64,000 nt of DNA from Octopus vulgaris (Eukaryota): NCBI GenBank assembly GCA_951406725.2, contig OX597819.1, positions 87,668,001 to 87,732,000 of the forward strand, written 5' to 3'. Of the stretch, positions 22,805 through 34,430 are shown in pieces (position 1 is the stretch's first letter; every line of letters begins with the position of its first letter). A program made the translations under genes and the position numbers. Below the pieces are notes generated by a model, which did not search any database, was not told where the DNA came from, and saw only the letters and a list, made by a program, of their open reading frames with translations.

Positions 22805-23398
22805 ACCATCATCATCATCCTTTAGTACATCCACTTTCCATTCTAAGATGGGTTAGACAGTTTGACTGGAAATGGTAATCTAGGGAGATGTACCAGGCTC
22901 CAATCTGATTGTGACTTGGTTTCTATGGCTAAATGCCCTTCCTATTGCCAATCACTCCAAGAATGTAGTGGGTGCCTTTTATGTGTTATCAGCATGGATG
23001 CTTTTTACGTGTCACTGGTACAGGTACCTTTAATGTGCCACTGGCAAGGGTACCTTGTATGTGTCACTGACACAACTGCCTTTTATGTGTCACTGGCATG
23101 GGTGCCTTTTACGTGTCACCAGAAGAGGTGCATCTTATGGGTCACCAGCACAGATACCTTTTACATGTCATCGGCCTGGGTGCCTTTAACATGTCACTGG
23201 CATAGGTGCCTTTTATGTGTCACCAACATTGTCCATGACAACAATTTCACTTGGGTTGACAAGTCTTCTCAAGCACGGCAAAGTGCCAAAAGTCTCAATC
23301 ATTTGTCACTGTCTGCATGAGATCCAACATCGAAAGATCATGCTTTGCCACCTTATCTCATACCTTCCTCGGTCTACCCTTTCCACAGGTTCCACAGA
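22805..23398 (-). mobile_element. RTE LINE 3' fragment with ~10 x 26-bp minisatellite (22970-23229)
   Basis: Collinear with 9733-10330; unit gggtgccttttatgtgtcactggcat. Confidence 0.78.
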
Positions 23399-23403
23399 TT
23401 ATA

Positions 23404-23618
23404 TTGGGTTGTCCAGAAAGTTCGTGCCGATTTTTAAAGGAAAGAAAAAGGTCAATAAATACTTGCCATTACATTCTTAATTAACCAAATACAAACCATT
23501 TTGTTGCACAATCTTTCCTTTAACTTGAAAATACCCTCTTCCCAGAATTGAGGTACCTGGGAGGGTAAGTCGAAAGGTAAGCTACTATAAATCGGCACGA
23601 ACTTTCTGGACAATCCGA
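23404..23618 (-). mobile_element. mariner-derived MITE
   Basis: ~30-bp TIRs TTGGGTTGTCCAGAAAGTTCGTGCCGATTT / AAATCGGCACGAACTTTCTGGACAATCCGA, TA flanks, internal transposase C-terminus PQFWEEGIFKLKER..IVQQNGLY on minus. Confidence 0.85.
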
Positions 23619-23862
23619 TATATCTGTTAAATCACATATGACCTTGGAACTAAACACCAAGAAAAGCGGTATCACTGTATGTCTACTTTTCCATGCTAGC
23701 ATCAATTGAATATAAGGGTGCAAGTTGAAAAAAAGACATTATAAGCAGGGTGCAAAATACATGAAAAATAAATAAAAATAAATATTGGGATGAAATGAAT
23801 GCATTTAACCAAGGAAGTAGACTTGAGACTGAAGAAGAATAACAACAAGAAATAAAACTAAC

Positions 23863-24004
23863 CATAACTGTTGATGACACCACTAACCAATCTGGTGTTG
23901 ATAGTCTCACCATGCCTCTCCCTTTTAATAAGTGCAAGAACAGCATTAGTGACCTGCTTGTTCAATGGCTTAAACAGGTTGTCTCTCCAAGTAATTAAGG
24001 CCAA
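23863..24004 (-). CDS. CUL1: Cullin-1 coding exon 4 ([47 protein letters not shown])
   Basis: 142 nt; tttcag / GTTAGT; translated by hand (not in ORF track). Confidence 0.95.
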
Positions 24005-25844
24005 CTGAAATATAAAATAAACAAAGGGATTGTGTTAATATCTAGGAAGGTACTAAAATACACAGACCACATAGGAAGTATTGAGAAATCACAGAAAAGA
24101 ACAAAACAACTGAAATGAAAAGGAAAAACAAGAAAATAAAACTCATTCATACAGTTTAATATTTTAAAAAAATGATTTTTTATATTCTGTATTTGTATTT
24201 TACAAAATTTAATCAAAACAATTAGGCAAGTATTTATGAATTTTAGAAAGACACAAATGATATTCAGTTTGAATTTCTACACAGACTACTTTCTGTAGGG
24301 AATGCATATGCAGAAAACAAAAGAACCTCAACACAGTTGCTCAACCTGCCAAATCTAAAGTGCACATTGAATATTGTAGTCCCTGATGTAGAAGCCTAGA
24401 AACCTTTGCTCATGAGTAAATTCAATCAGGACTAAAAAATACCAACATAGGTAGAGCAAATTTTAGAGGTCATTTTGGAGACGAAGAATTAAAGTGCCTA
24501 GTGTAAACATATGAGGAACTTTAGAATAACAAGACAAAAGGTGGATGTATAGAGAAGAAGGTAACCACTCCTATGGAGTGGAGGATCAATGTACAGAAAC
24601 TGCTTGCTTGTAAGTCAATGGTTTGAACATGATGCTCAATGGGTTTTCTCCAGTCAATGAAATGGCCTTTATGTTTTTTAGGATGTTGTTATTGTGTAGA
24701 CCCAGGTTAGCACTGATCCAGCAATTTTGTGGTATTGCAGGTAGGGGGGGGGGTGACAAAACGAAGAGGCCTCATCTTCCAAGTTGTATTAGGTCTCCAT
24801 CTAGTCAAAGACCTTACTGCACAATTCAACATATGCAGTCCAGTTTGATAACCTACATATATTGCATGCTTTCTGTCCAGTCTATTAATGTATGCCTACA
24901 GATTCTAGTGTAGCTGAATTTGCTGAGAGCATGACATTTGTTGTTCCTCAGCATTTATTGTTAGTGGCATAATCCTAGCACAGAGTTTGCCATGTAGCAC
25001 CTATTTCTATATGTGTTCCTTATGCATATCCACATCATGTGAGAGAGATAATGTTTTTAGAATGATGTAGTAGTAGTGATCTGGAGAGTTGCATATGTGT
25101 CTCCATATTTTTTTTTATTATAATGTAGTGACAGAGTGCAAGAACAAGCTGTGTCACAGGTGGTTTCATTTTTAGCACTTCAGCTATGTGGCACATGTAA
25201 TCAATGGGTGTGGTGAATTACTCTGTGTTTTTTGTAATTTATAATCATTTGTGGTGGAGACATTGGGAACAGAAGTAGGACTAGTATAGTTCATTATGGA
25301 CGTAATATATTGCTTGTATGTCATTGATATTGATACCAAATGTGACATTTGACTGCTCTAAGGATGTTTATGCTGTTGTGTCTTTATAGCTTTTCTAAAT
25401 AATTTGGAGTCATTCTGCTTCTTTACTATGCCTTTAATGTGTATTGTGAATGCCATGGATGAGTTGTATGTAATTCCTGCTATTTTTTTATCTTCTCTTT
25501 GTGTGTAATATGTTTATGTTGTTGAGTATAAGGGTTAGTGATATTTGATGAATTTTATGATACTGGTAGTAAGGAGAAAGACAGTAAACTTGATAGGAAC
25601 TATTTTAAGTCTGTTTGTTGTTGAGTCAGATTGCTAGGTGGTCAAGTGTCAGAGTAATTGGACAGAAGTGTCTGAAGAACAGTTGAAGGATGTGAATGTA
25701 ACATCACTTGCATATGAGGCTGTCTGTAATGTATGTAAGTGTGGGAAGGTCATGTAGGTATAAATTTTTAAAAATAAAATGACAGATCCCTGTAGTATAC
25801 TTTTCAGAAAATTGCAGGTTCCTTAAGTGTTCTTATACACCACC

Positions 25845-26110
25845 GTGAAGGTGCAGTGCCTAATGATTAGAATGAGACAGTGGGTTCAATTCCTGAACTA
25901 GGTGGTGTGTTGTGTTTGTGAGCAAAACGCTTCATTTCATGTGGCTCTGCCATCACATGGACAGCTGACATGTGGTACATCATGCATTTGTTCAGGCAAC
26001 ATTGATTTGATGGAAGGAGTGAGCTCATGTATAGCACAAAGATTTGATCATAGTAAACAAATCATTTGTGCAGGTTGTTCAACAAGGAATATCAAAACCA
26101 GTCTTTCTCA
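25845..26110 (+). mobile_element. Decayed tRNA-derived SINE, family C-like head
   Basis: gaaggtgcagtgcctaatgattag...gggttcaattcctgaac..gtgtgttgtgtttgtgagcaaaacgctt resembles the head of 57579-57960. Confidence 0.5.
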
Positions 26111-27449
26111 GACAACAAGTGACTACTCCCATCAAACACTACAAAGGCTTGGTAGCTTGAGAGGAAGATTGCTCATCAACATTTCATGTTTAAGGCAAGG
26201 GGAATATTTTTTCAAATGAATGGATAGCAGGGAATGGAGTCAAAAGTTTTACTGATGTCAATAGTAGTTAGAATGAACTGTTACAGATCTGTAAAAAAAT
26301 ACTTCCAATCAAAAATATTCAATAACAAATTATTAATCAGTAGTTTAATAATTGACATGATAGTAATTTTTTACGAATTATTCTATCAAAGTATTGCAAT
26401 AGAACCATCCTAGCATATTTCAAGGAGACTGTGCTATTAATACTACAGTTACTGCTTGTGACTCAAGTATGAGTAAGAGCGAGCAATGATGCATAACTGC
26501 TGTTACTACGATAGTAATCATTGAATATATCAAACCTTTGCCAGTTTTTATAATATTATTATTTGAGTGGTGAGATAGCATAGTTGTTAAAATGTTGACA
26601 AAAATGCTCTGCAATATTTCTTGTGATTCAGATTGAGTTCAAATTCTGCCAAAGTTGACACAATAAGTACCTGCTGATCACTGGGGTTGATGTAATTGAC
26701 TAATGTCCTCTCTTTAAAATTCTGGCCTTGGGCCAAAATTTGAAACCATTCAGGTAGCAAACTGACAGAATCATTGGCAAGTCAGACAAAATGCTTAGCA
26801 ACATTCCTTCAGCCACTTTATATTCAAAGTTCAAATTCCATCAAGGCTGACTGGTTTCATCCTTCCTGAGTCAAAGAAATTAGTTCCAGTTGAACACAGC
26901 GATCAATATTATCAACTAACTACTTCCCCTAAAATTGCTGGCTTTGAGCCAAAATTTGAAACTATTATTGTTGTTGTTATTATTATTATTATTATTGAGT
27001 GAGAGAGTCGTGTATGCCATCTAAGTGACACTGAGGTAAAATATAAGACCAGTATACCCACCATGAGATAATCAACTATAATAATACTCTTGTGTTTATG
27101 AATGAGAACGGAAGGGGTGAAAGATGAATATGGAAGGAAGGAGTGGCGTCATAATTGGTAGTGGGATGATGAAAATTGTACGCTGAAAAAATAATGGGAT
27201 GGTTCATCTTTGTTCACTTAGTATTTGGGTTTACTTTTTGATTTGGTTGAATCTTGTTGTTTTCTTTTTTTTGTTGGTCAGTTATTTTTTGCATTTTGAC
27301 AGAAAAAAGTCATTCCAAAAATTGTTTTTTAATATAAGCATGCCCAAACAAGTCGAATGCTTACACAGAGCAAGTTTTACAGCCACATCATCCAAACCAA
27401 TTGGGTGAAACCAAGCTTAGCTGCAAGTATATATATATATATATATATA

Positions 27450-28400
27450 CTAGCAGTTTAGCCCAGTGTTGCCCAGGATTAAGTTAGGATTATTGAGCTA
27501 ATCAAGCACTTTGTTTCAAACCAAACTAAGTTACACTGACATCAAATTTGAGTGAAATCCATTGAAATTGGTAAGCATCTGGCTAAGAATGGGTTGCAGA
27601 CAATTTGATTGGGAAATCCCATGAGGAATCAGTTTATCGATTTTTCCACTCATCGATTGTATTAATTTAAAGCATTCAAAGATCCCATAAGTCCTAAGCA
27701 ACGCCCGCATAAAGTTTGAACAAAATACATCTAAATTGGTAAAAGTTATTGCTGAAAATGGGGTGCAGCCAATTTTAGTGGGAAATCCTATAAGGAATCA
27801 GTTTATTAATTTTTCACCCCAAAAAGGACTTAACTGAACACAACATTGCTGATTCAAAAAAATCTATATTTAGGAGGAATTTCAACTGTTTTTCGTGGTC
27901 TGCTACCACAAAAGCCCCTTTATAGGATCCAATTAGCTCAAGATATCATCAGGAGGAACCACATCCGGTTTCGGCCCCTACTCCTCTACCGTTTTGACGT
28001 GGCGGGACCCCACCTTTCGGAGGTATCTCCAGCTCTAGTGTTGGGTGCATATACCCAACCCAGTTCTGCAGAATCAGTGTCACAACGGGAATGCATGGGC
28101 TGGGAGTGATCAGGTTGCACATGCTGGCCCTTTCAAAGCCCCCCCTCCCCTCATCATCTAACTCCCTTGGCCCATGGGTTGGGAACCCTTCCAGCAAGGA
28201 AAATATAACACCCAAAAGGGCTCCTGATCCTCTGTGTCAGAAGAGGTTATGTTCAGATCACAACTAAGCCTTAACCTAAGCCTAAGCTAACCTAGTGAAA
28301 GGGGGCTCGGGAGCCTCTAAAAGGCAGCGACTAATCCCAATCTAGTCCTAAACCCTCCTAGGGGTACTATCAGTCAAAGCTGCATCAAAAATCTACTAAA
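27450..28400 (-). mobile_element. Helitron-like non-autonomous element (3' end at 27450; 5' limit uncertain)
   Basis: Minus strand ends cctgggcaacactgggctaaactgCTAG|T; internal repeat gggaaatcc..aggaatcagtttat..atttttc occurs twice. Confidence 0.55.
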
Positions 28401-28534
28401 TCAACTCATAAGGCTTTGGTCAGCCCAAGGCTATAGTAGAAGACACTTGCCCAAAGTGTCATGCAGTCAGACGGAACCTGGAACCATGTTGTTAGGAAGC
28501 GAGCGTCTTACCACACAGCCACACTTCTTACCAC

Positions 28535-28799
28535 AATGATTTAAGGATGGTGATCAAAACACCCATGTTTCCAAAGGTGAATTATCCAAACCCCAAAGAA
28601 TTCCTCTCAACACATGACTATGATGCTCCCCCACTACTCCTGCTCGTGATCAGAGGTGCACATATTGTCAGCCACAAAGGGACATGCTCAACTGGCTATG
28701 GTCAAACAACTGAGAAACAAATCTGTGGTATTGAGCAGAATATTTGCTGTAGCCCATCTTTTATACCAAGACAAAACAATGTAGATGATAAAACTTTCA

Positions 28800-28842
<43 letters not shown>
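28535..28842 (-). mobile_element. Partial copy of the (TAA)n-associated element (see 58800-59322) with (TTA)n tract
   Basis: Reverse complement matches ~58870-59070. Confidence 0.7.
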
Positions 28843-28843
<1 letters not shown>

Positions 28844-30984
28844 CCTCATTATAATTTCAGGTCACTTGAGAGTATTACTGATAATCTAGTACCAGTCACA
28901 TATTCGTTTGCTGAGGAGGAGGATTTTTGAGCATCCAGCAGAATGAAAAACAAGACTGGTCAAAGGGCAAATGAACTCAGGTAAGTCAATGGCCATACAA
29001 TATTGTGCAATGGTTAGTGGCATGTTTACATTTCAATCAAATGAAGCATGAAGGAAATAAGTAACCATCTCCACAGCTTTGAAGTTGGTAGCAGCTGGCC
29101 AGTGGTGGCAACATGCCTTCATGTATGGCTAGAAGCCATGATGCAGAGCAAATATCTGGAATGATGTTTTATGGACTGGACGCTTACCAAGTAAGATGGT
29201 TTGAGACACTTTGACAATCTTCTACATTCTCATACAAGTACAGTTGTCCTATCTTTATCCTGCCGCTGGGCAAGAGAATGTGTCTGATTTGCATGCTGCT
29301 CTTTCTTATCATCATCATCATCATAATAATTCAATATTTGTTTATCATGCTGGCATGGATTGGACAGTTTGAAAGGAGCTAGCCAGATGGATGCCCTTCC
29401 TAACACCAACCACTTTACAGAGTTACTGGATGCTTTTACACAGCACCAGCATGGGTACTCTTACGTGTTATCAGCACAGGTGCTCTTATGTGGGACTGGC
29501 ATGGGTGCTTTTTATGAGACACTGGCACCCACAAGCTCACAAAAAAAGAAACCCTTGCACCAGTCTAGTATCAATGTCTGGTGAGTAAGAGTGTATGACA
29601 CAAACCTTGAACTAAGAATCAAATAGTCATGTTGCAGTAGTCAGGGTATTTCACACATCTGTAACAATGAAATACTGCTACTTCCATAGTTTCAGGCTCA
29701 TGGAAGTTGGGGAATTAGACATTTGCAACAGTGAAGTACTCCACTTTCATAACTTGTAGCACATGGAAGCATGGAAGGTGTAGTATAAGCAAGAACAGTC
29801 ATGATTCTCTGGTCCCCTGCATGGATATGTCCTCTGGTTCAGTGAAGAATGATTGAAGCTAGTGTCTTCATTGATCACCAATGGACAAACCTGATAACTT
29901 TAGACATCAACTTCTGTTCTTTTACTCATTTGTTTATTTAGGTAATTGCAAGGGTATGAAATTTAACAGTTGCAGCAGCAGAAGTAGAATTCTCTAACTG
30001 ATTTTGATTGTTATACAAAGCTACTTTAATTAATATTAAGTAAACTGCAGTAAGATATTAGAAATTTTTAGAACACAAAAAGAAAAAGCAATAAGAATGA
30101 GGAAACACACTTCCACCTAAAAGAAAATGTAACAAAATTGGTATATGTAGGGAACATTTTGGTGCAGAATGGTGACAGAAAGGATTTTTGAGGTCTTCTT
30201 TTAAGACAATGAAAGTAGTGCAATTAAATGGTTTCAAGAAATTGTAAACTATGTCAGAAATGAAGTTCAGAATAAATGACATCGTATGCGGATAAACTCA
30301 AGTTAATGGCATTAGACAGAAAATGCCAGATACACACTACTAATATCATCTTACATTTGCACAATGACCATTGATAAATCATAAGACTGGAGTTCACGAC
30401 CAGCATTTGGGAACAAACAACTTCACATATTTTATCAGAGCTGTGGTCATCCATACATATAGGCATGTCTTTTGCAGGTACCAGTGCCACATAAAATGCA
30501 CTCGTGCCATTGTCATGTAAAATACTTTCTCATGCCTGTGTTGCATGAATGCACCCATGCCAGTGACATATAAAATAAAGCATCCAGCACACTCTCTAAA
30601 GTAGTTGGCATTAGGAAGGGCACCCTATCTTAGAAACCATGCCAAAACATACAATTGGAATCTGCACCACTCCCCAGTTGGCCAGCCCCTGTCAAACTGT
30701 ACAGTCCATGCCAGCATGGAAAAAGGGTGTTAAACAATGATGATGAAATTGATGGAAACAATAAATATAAATTTGGGAATTGATAACTTTACATAGTTAC
30801 AAGAGCATGGAAACTTAATAAAGATTGAATTTAACTAGTGAAACAATACAAAAGAACAGGATTACAAACTGTTCATGAATTGTTTGTTAAATGATATAAT
30901 AATTAAAACACTTTTAAGTAACAAACCAATATATTAAGTGCATCATTATTGTTGTTACTTTCGATTTTATTTCTGTAAAGAGAG

Positions 30985-31405
30985 GGGCAGATGTGTTTGT
31001 GTGGTTAGAAGTTTGCTTCTGAACCACATGGTTTTGGGTTCAGTACCTCTGCATGGTACCTTGGGCCGGTGTCTTCTACAATAGCACTGGGTTAATTAAA
31101 GCCTTGTGAGTGGATTTGGTAGATAGAAACTGAAAGAAATCTGTGTGTACATGTGCACACGCATGTTTGTGTCTTAACAACAGGTGATAGCTATAAATGT
31201 GAGTCACTGATATATAAGCAGTGTTGCAGTGTCATTCATTCCCAACATTCTGTGAAAAAATGTCTGGCCATGGGCAAATACTTTGTTTGAAAACAGGTAA
31301 GGGTTAGCAATAGGAAGGGCATCTGGCTGTAGAAAAATCTGCCTCAATAAACTCCATCCAACCCATGCAAGCTGGAAAAAGTGGATGGTAAATCAAAGAG
31401 GATGA
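30985..31405 (+). mobile_element. SINE with family-A tRNA head and RTE-like tail
   Basis: Head as 4467-4620; tail ..ggaagggcatctggctgtagaaaa..acccatgcaagctggaaaaagtggatgg; minus copies at ~36474-36860, 40520-40890, 50555-50905, 59676-60040, 61535-61925. Confidence 0.7.
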
Positions 31406-31843
31406 AACTATTTAATCTTTTAAGAACTTTCACCTGATGGTTTTCTTTTCAATTGAAAATGATTATCCTAAGTACCTTATATTTTTTAATATTAGCAATT
31501 TTTCATAACATTTGAAATTTTCTTTGTTTTTGCAAAGGGTATCAAAGGGTACATTGGATACCTTTGTGCAGAAGTCCATTCTGCTGCAAGCATTCAAGCC
31601 AGATCTCCTATTTAAGAATACCCCTTCTCTTCTTCCTACCCATCTCAGAAGGGTGATGCACAGTGCCCTACCCAATTGGCTACAAAAGAAAACAAAAACG
31701 CACACTTGAACGGCTGATCCAAGTGAAATAGTCAATGTAGATTGATAATACAAAATTGTAACTAAAAGTGAGGTATTTATTGTCAACAAAGTGTTTGTGA
31801 AAAATAAAAATAAAATGGAAAGCCTAACATTTGCAATACTTAC

Positions 31844-32011
31844 AGAATAAATTTCATAAATTCCTTTAGTTCCTTCATCACATTCTCGACGAACCCAATG
31901 TCGATTTAGATAGGCACAAACACCATTCAAAACTTTACTTGAGAATTGATAATCTTCCCATTGTTTGGTATAGAACTTTAAGACATTTTCATCAAGCAAG
32001 TCTTTGCTGTC
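31844..32011 (-). CDS. CUL1: Cullin-1 coding exon 3 ([56 protein letters not shown])
   Basis: 168 nt; ttttacag / GTAAGT; inside ORF 31463..32263. Confidence 0.96.
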
Positions 32012-32187
32012 CTGTAAAATACAGCAATTGAAATATTTCAGATGACAAACGACAAGAAGAATTAAAAATAAAACAATCATTGCTGGTTCAATAAATAAGA
32101 TTTTCTTTTTGTTTTTGCTTTTGCAGAGAAAGAGAATAAGATGAAAAGGGAATAATAATATATGAAATATTGAATCTAACTGGATAT

Positions 32188-32405
32188 TTAACCCTTTAGT
32201 GTTTAAACCAGCCATACCCAGCCAAAATTTTCTACATGCTTTATGTTCAAGCTGGCCTCTCACACCTATTTTACAATGTCATTCAAAAAATAAATTACCA
32301 TATCATCAAACTCTTGAAGATACAAGATAATGCATGATTAATTCAAAACAATGTGAATAAATATAAATTATATTTAACAGAATAATCTGAATGCTAAAAG
32401 GTTAA
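32188..32405. mobile_element. piggyBac-type MITE
   Basis: TTAA|CCCTTTAG...CTAAAAGG|TTAA; reverse orientation of 14945-15173. Confidence 0.72.
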
Positions 32406-33004
32406 TGTTGTAACATTAGTAGAAAGTCTCTTACTTAAACTAATATTTGCATAACAATCCATTATACACCAGCATCCACTTTAGACAATGAAGCAGATTA
32501 AAAAGTGTATGTTCCTTTACACTCTGAGTTCAAATTCTTTTTAGATTGACTTACCTTTCATCCTTGGGGAGTAGAGAGTTAAAATAAATACCAACCAAGA
32601 TCCCAACTAAATCTAATCAACAAAATTCTCTCCTATAATTCATGACAATGTGTCTATGCCAGAAATAAATATTAATTTAAAAACAAAGAGGATGAAAATG
32701 TGGCTAAGTTATATACTGTTACATACCACAAAGTCATGTAGTTTTGTTGAAGACTGAACAAAAATGAGAAGTGGGATGAAATGTGACATGGCCATACTAT
32801 ATTTGATGGTATATAAGATTTGCTTTTAAGGGGGAAAAAAGCCATCTCAAAAAGGGAAAAAAATCACCCCAGGATATATATGCAAAGTTGGACCTATATT
32901 ACATCCTTTAATGCACAGAAAACGCCTTTTACATGAATAAGCACTGCTGAGATCAGGGTGCATCTAATATACCCATGTGATTACCACTGGATATGGTACA
33001 TTAG

Positions 33005-33048
33005 CAGACAGAAACTGAAAGAAGCCTGTCTTATATATATATATATAT

Positions 33049-33104
<56 letters not shown>

Positions 33105-33300
33105 TGTGTTTGTCCCCCCAACATCGCTTGATAACCGATGCTGGTGTGTTTACGTCCCCGTAACTTAGCGGTTCAGCAAAAGTGACCAATAGAATAAGTA
33201 CTAGGCTTACAAAGAATAAGTCCTGGGGTCGATTTGCTCAACTAAAGGCGGTGCTCCAGCATGGCCACAGTCAAATGACTGAAACAAGTAAAAGAGTAAA
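33005..33300 (+). mobile_element. SINE family A, 5'-truncated
   Basis: Collinear with 4600-4869. Confidence 0.8.
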
Positions 33301-33580
33301 GGAGCGTATTACTTTTTCTAATATATGAACAAAATTTTTCAATTCAAAATAACCTTATTTGGAAGAATTTTTCACATATGTGTGTATGTGTGTGTGCATG
33401 CATGCACATATAAAATACACTGTAGTTTCATTTTATTCCCATTTGTCTGTTAGTAAAGATTTACTTCTCAAAAAAACATTCATCTTCTATTTTTGTCATT
33501 AATTTAAATATCTGCTGCCTTAAAAAATTTGGAAGTATCTTTCTCTAGAATCCAAAAATGACTATTAGATGACTACTTAC

Positions 33581-33755
33581 CTTTAACAATTTAACTAAGT
33601 AACTTTTCAGATATTCTTTCAATCGTTTGTAAAGTTCCAAGCCAACGAACTGTGCACCTCCAGTTGGCTGCTTAACTCTTTTGCCAGTTAGTGTTCTGGG
33701 CTGCTGTCCCTGGCTGGTATTTTGTTGAACACTAGTACAGTAGTTATATACATGG
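33581..33755 (-). CDS. CUL1: Cullin-1 coding exon 2 ([11 protein letters not shown]...[27 protein letters not shown])
   Basis: 175 nt; acceptor ttaag preceded by TTTTTCCTTGAC; donor GTAAGT; overlaps ORF 33545..33769. Confidence 0.95.
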
Positions 33756-33994
33756 CTTAAACAAGTCAAGGAAAAACAAATTGTAGTTCAGCATCATTTA
33801 GTAAATCAAATCTAATCAAACCTGATAGCAACAGAATGAAATAAAACACATCAACAACAAGATAAAATGCATTAATGAGATACAAATATTCAAAGACAAC
33901 AGGAAACAAAGAGAAGCACGATGTAACAAGCACAGAGTGCATGTTACTTTTCAAAAAAATCTCATTTTTAAGCATATTACACTGTCAGCTTAAT

Positions 33995-34430
33995 ATTGGT
34001 TTTAAATTTTGACACTAGGCCAACAAGTTTGAAGGCATGGGTAGGTTGATTACATCAACCCCAGTGCTCAACTGGTACTTACTTTATCAACCCCGAGAGG
34101 ATTAAAAACCAAAGTTGACCTCGGCAGATATTTTAACTAAGAACATAAAGATGGACAGAGTGCCGCTAAGCATTTTGTTCAGCATGCTAACATTTCTTAT
34201 TTCTTTACTGCCCATAAGGAACTACACATAGGAGACAAACTAGGACAGACAAACGGATTAAGTCGATTGTATCGACCCCAGTGTGTAACTGATACTTATT
34301 TAATCAATCTCGAAAGGATGAAAGGCAAAGTCAACCTCAGCAGAATTTGAACTCAGAATGTAACAGCAGACGAAATACCACTAAGCATTTCACCCGGCAT
34401 GCTAACGTTTCTGCCAGCTTGCCACCTTAG
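33995..34430 (-). mobile_element. SINE family B, dimeric
   Basis: Same two-unit layout as 38139-38572; lies inside the U12 intron. Confidence 0.75.

Noticed and set aside
27060-27250. Inverted duplication with ~45640-45915
   Set aside because: Diverged copies of a dispersed repeat 18 kb apart; no evidence of one large element.
31463-32263. 266-aa ORF as a stand-alone gene
   Set aside because: Only 56 codons are CUL1 exon 3; the rest is intron and MITE read-through.
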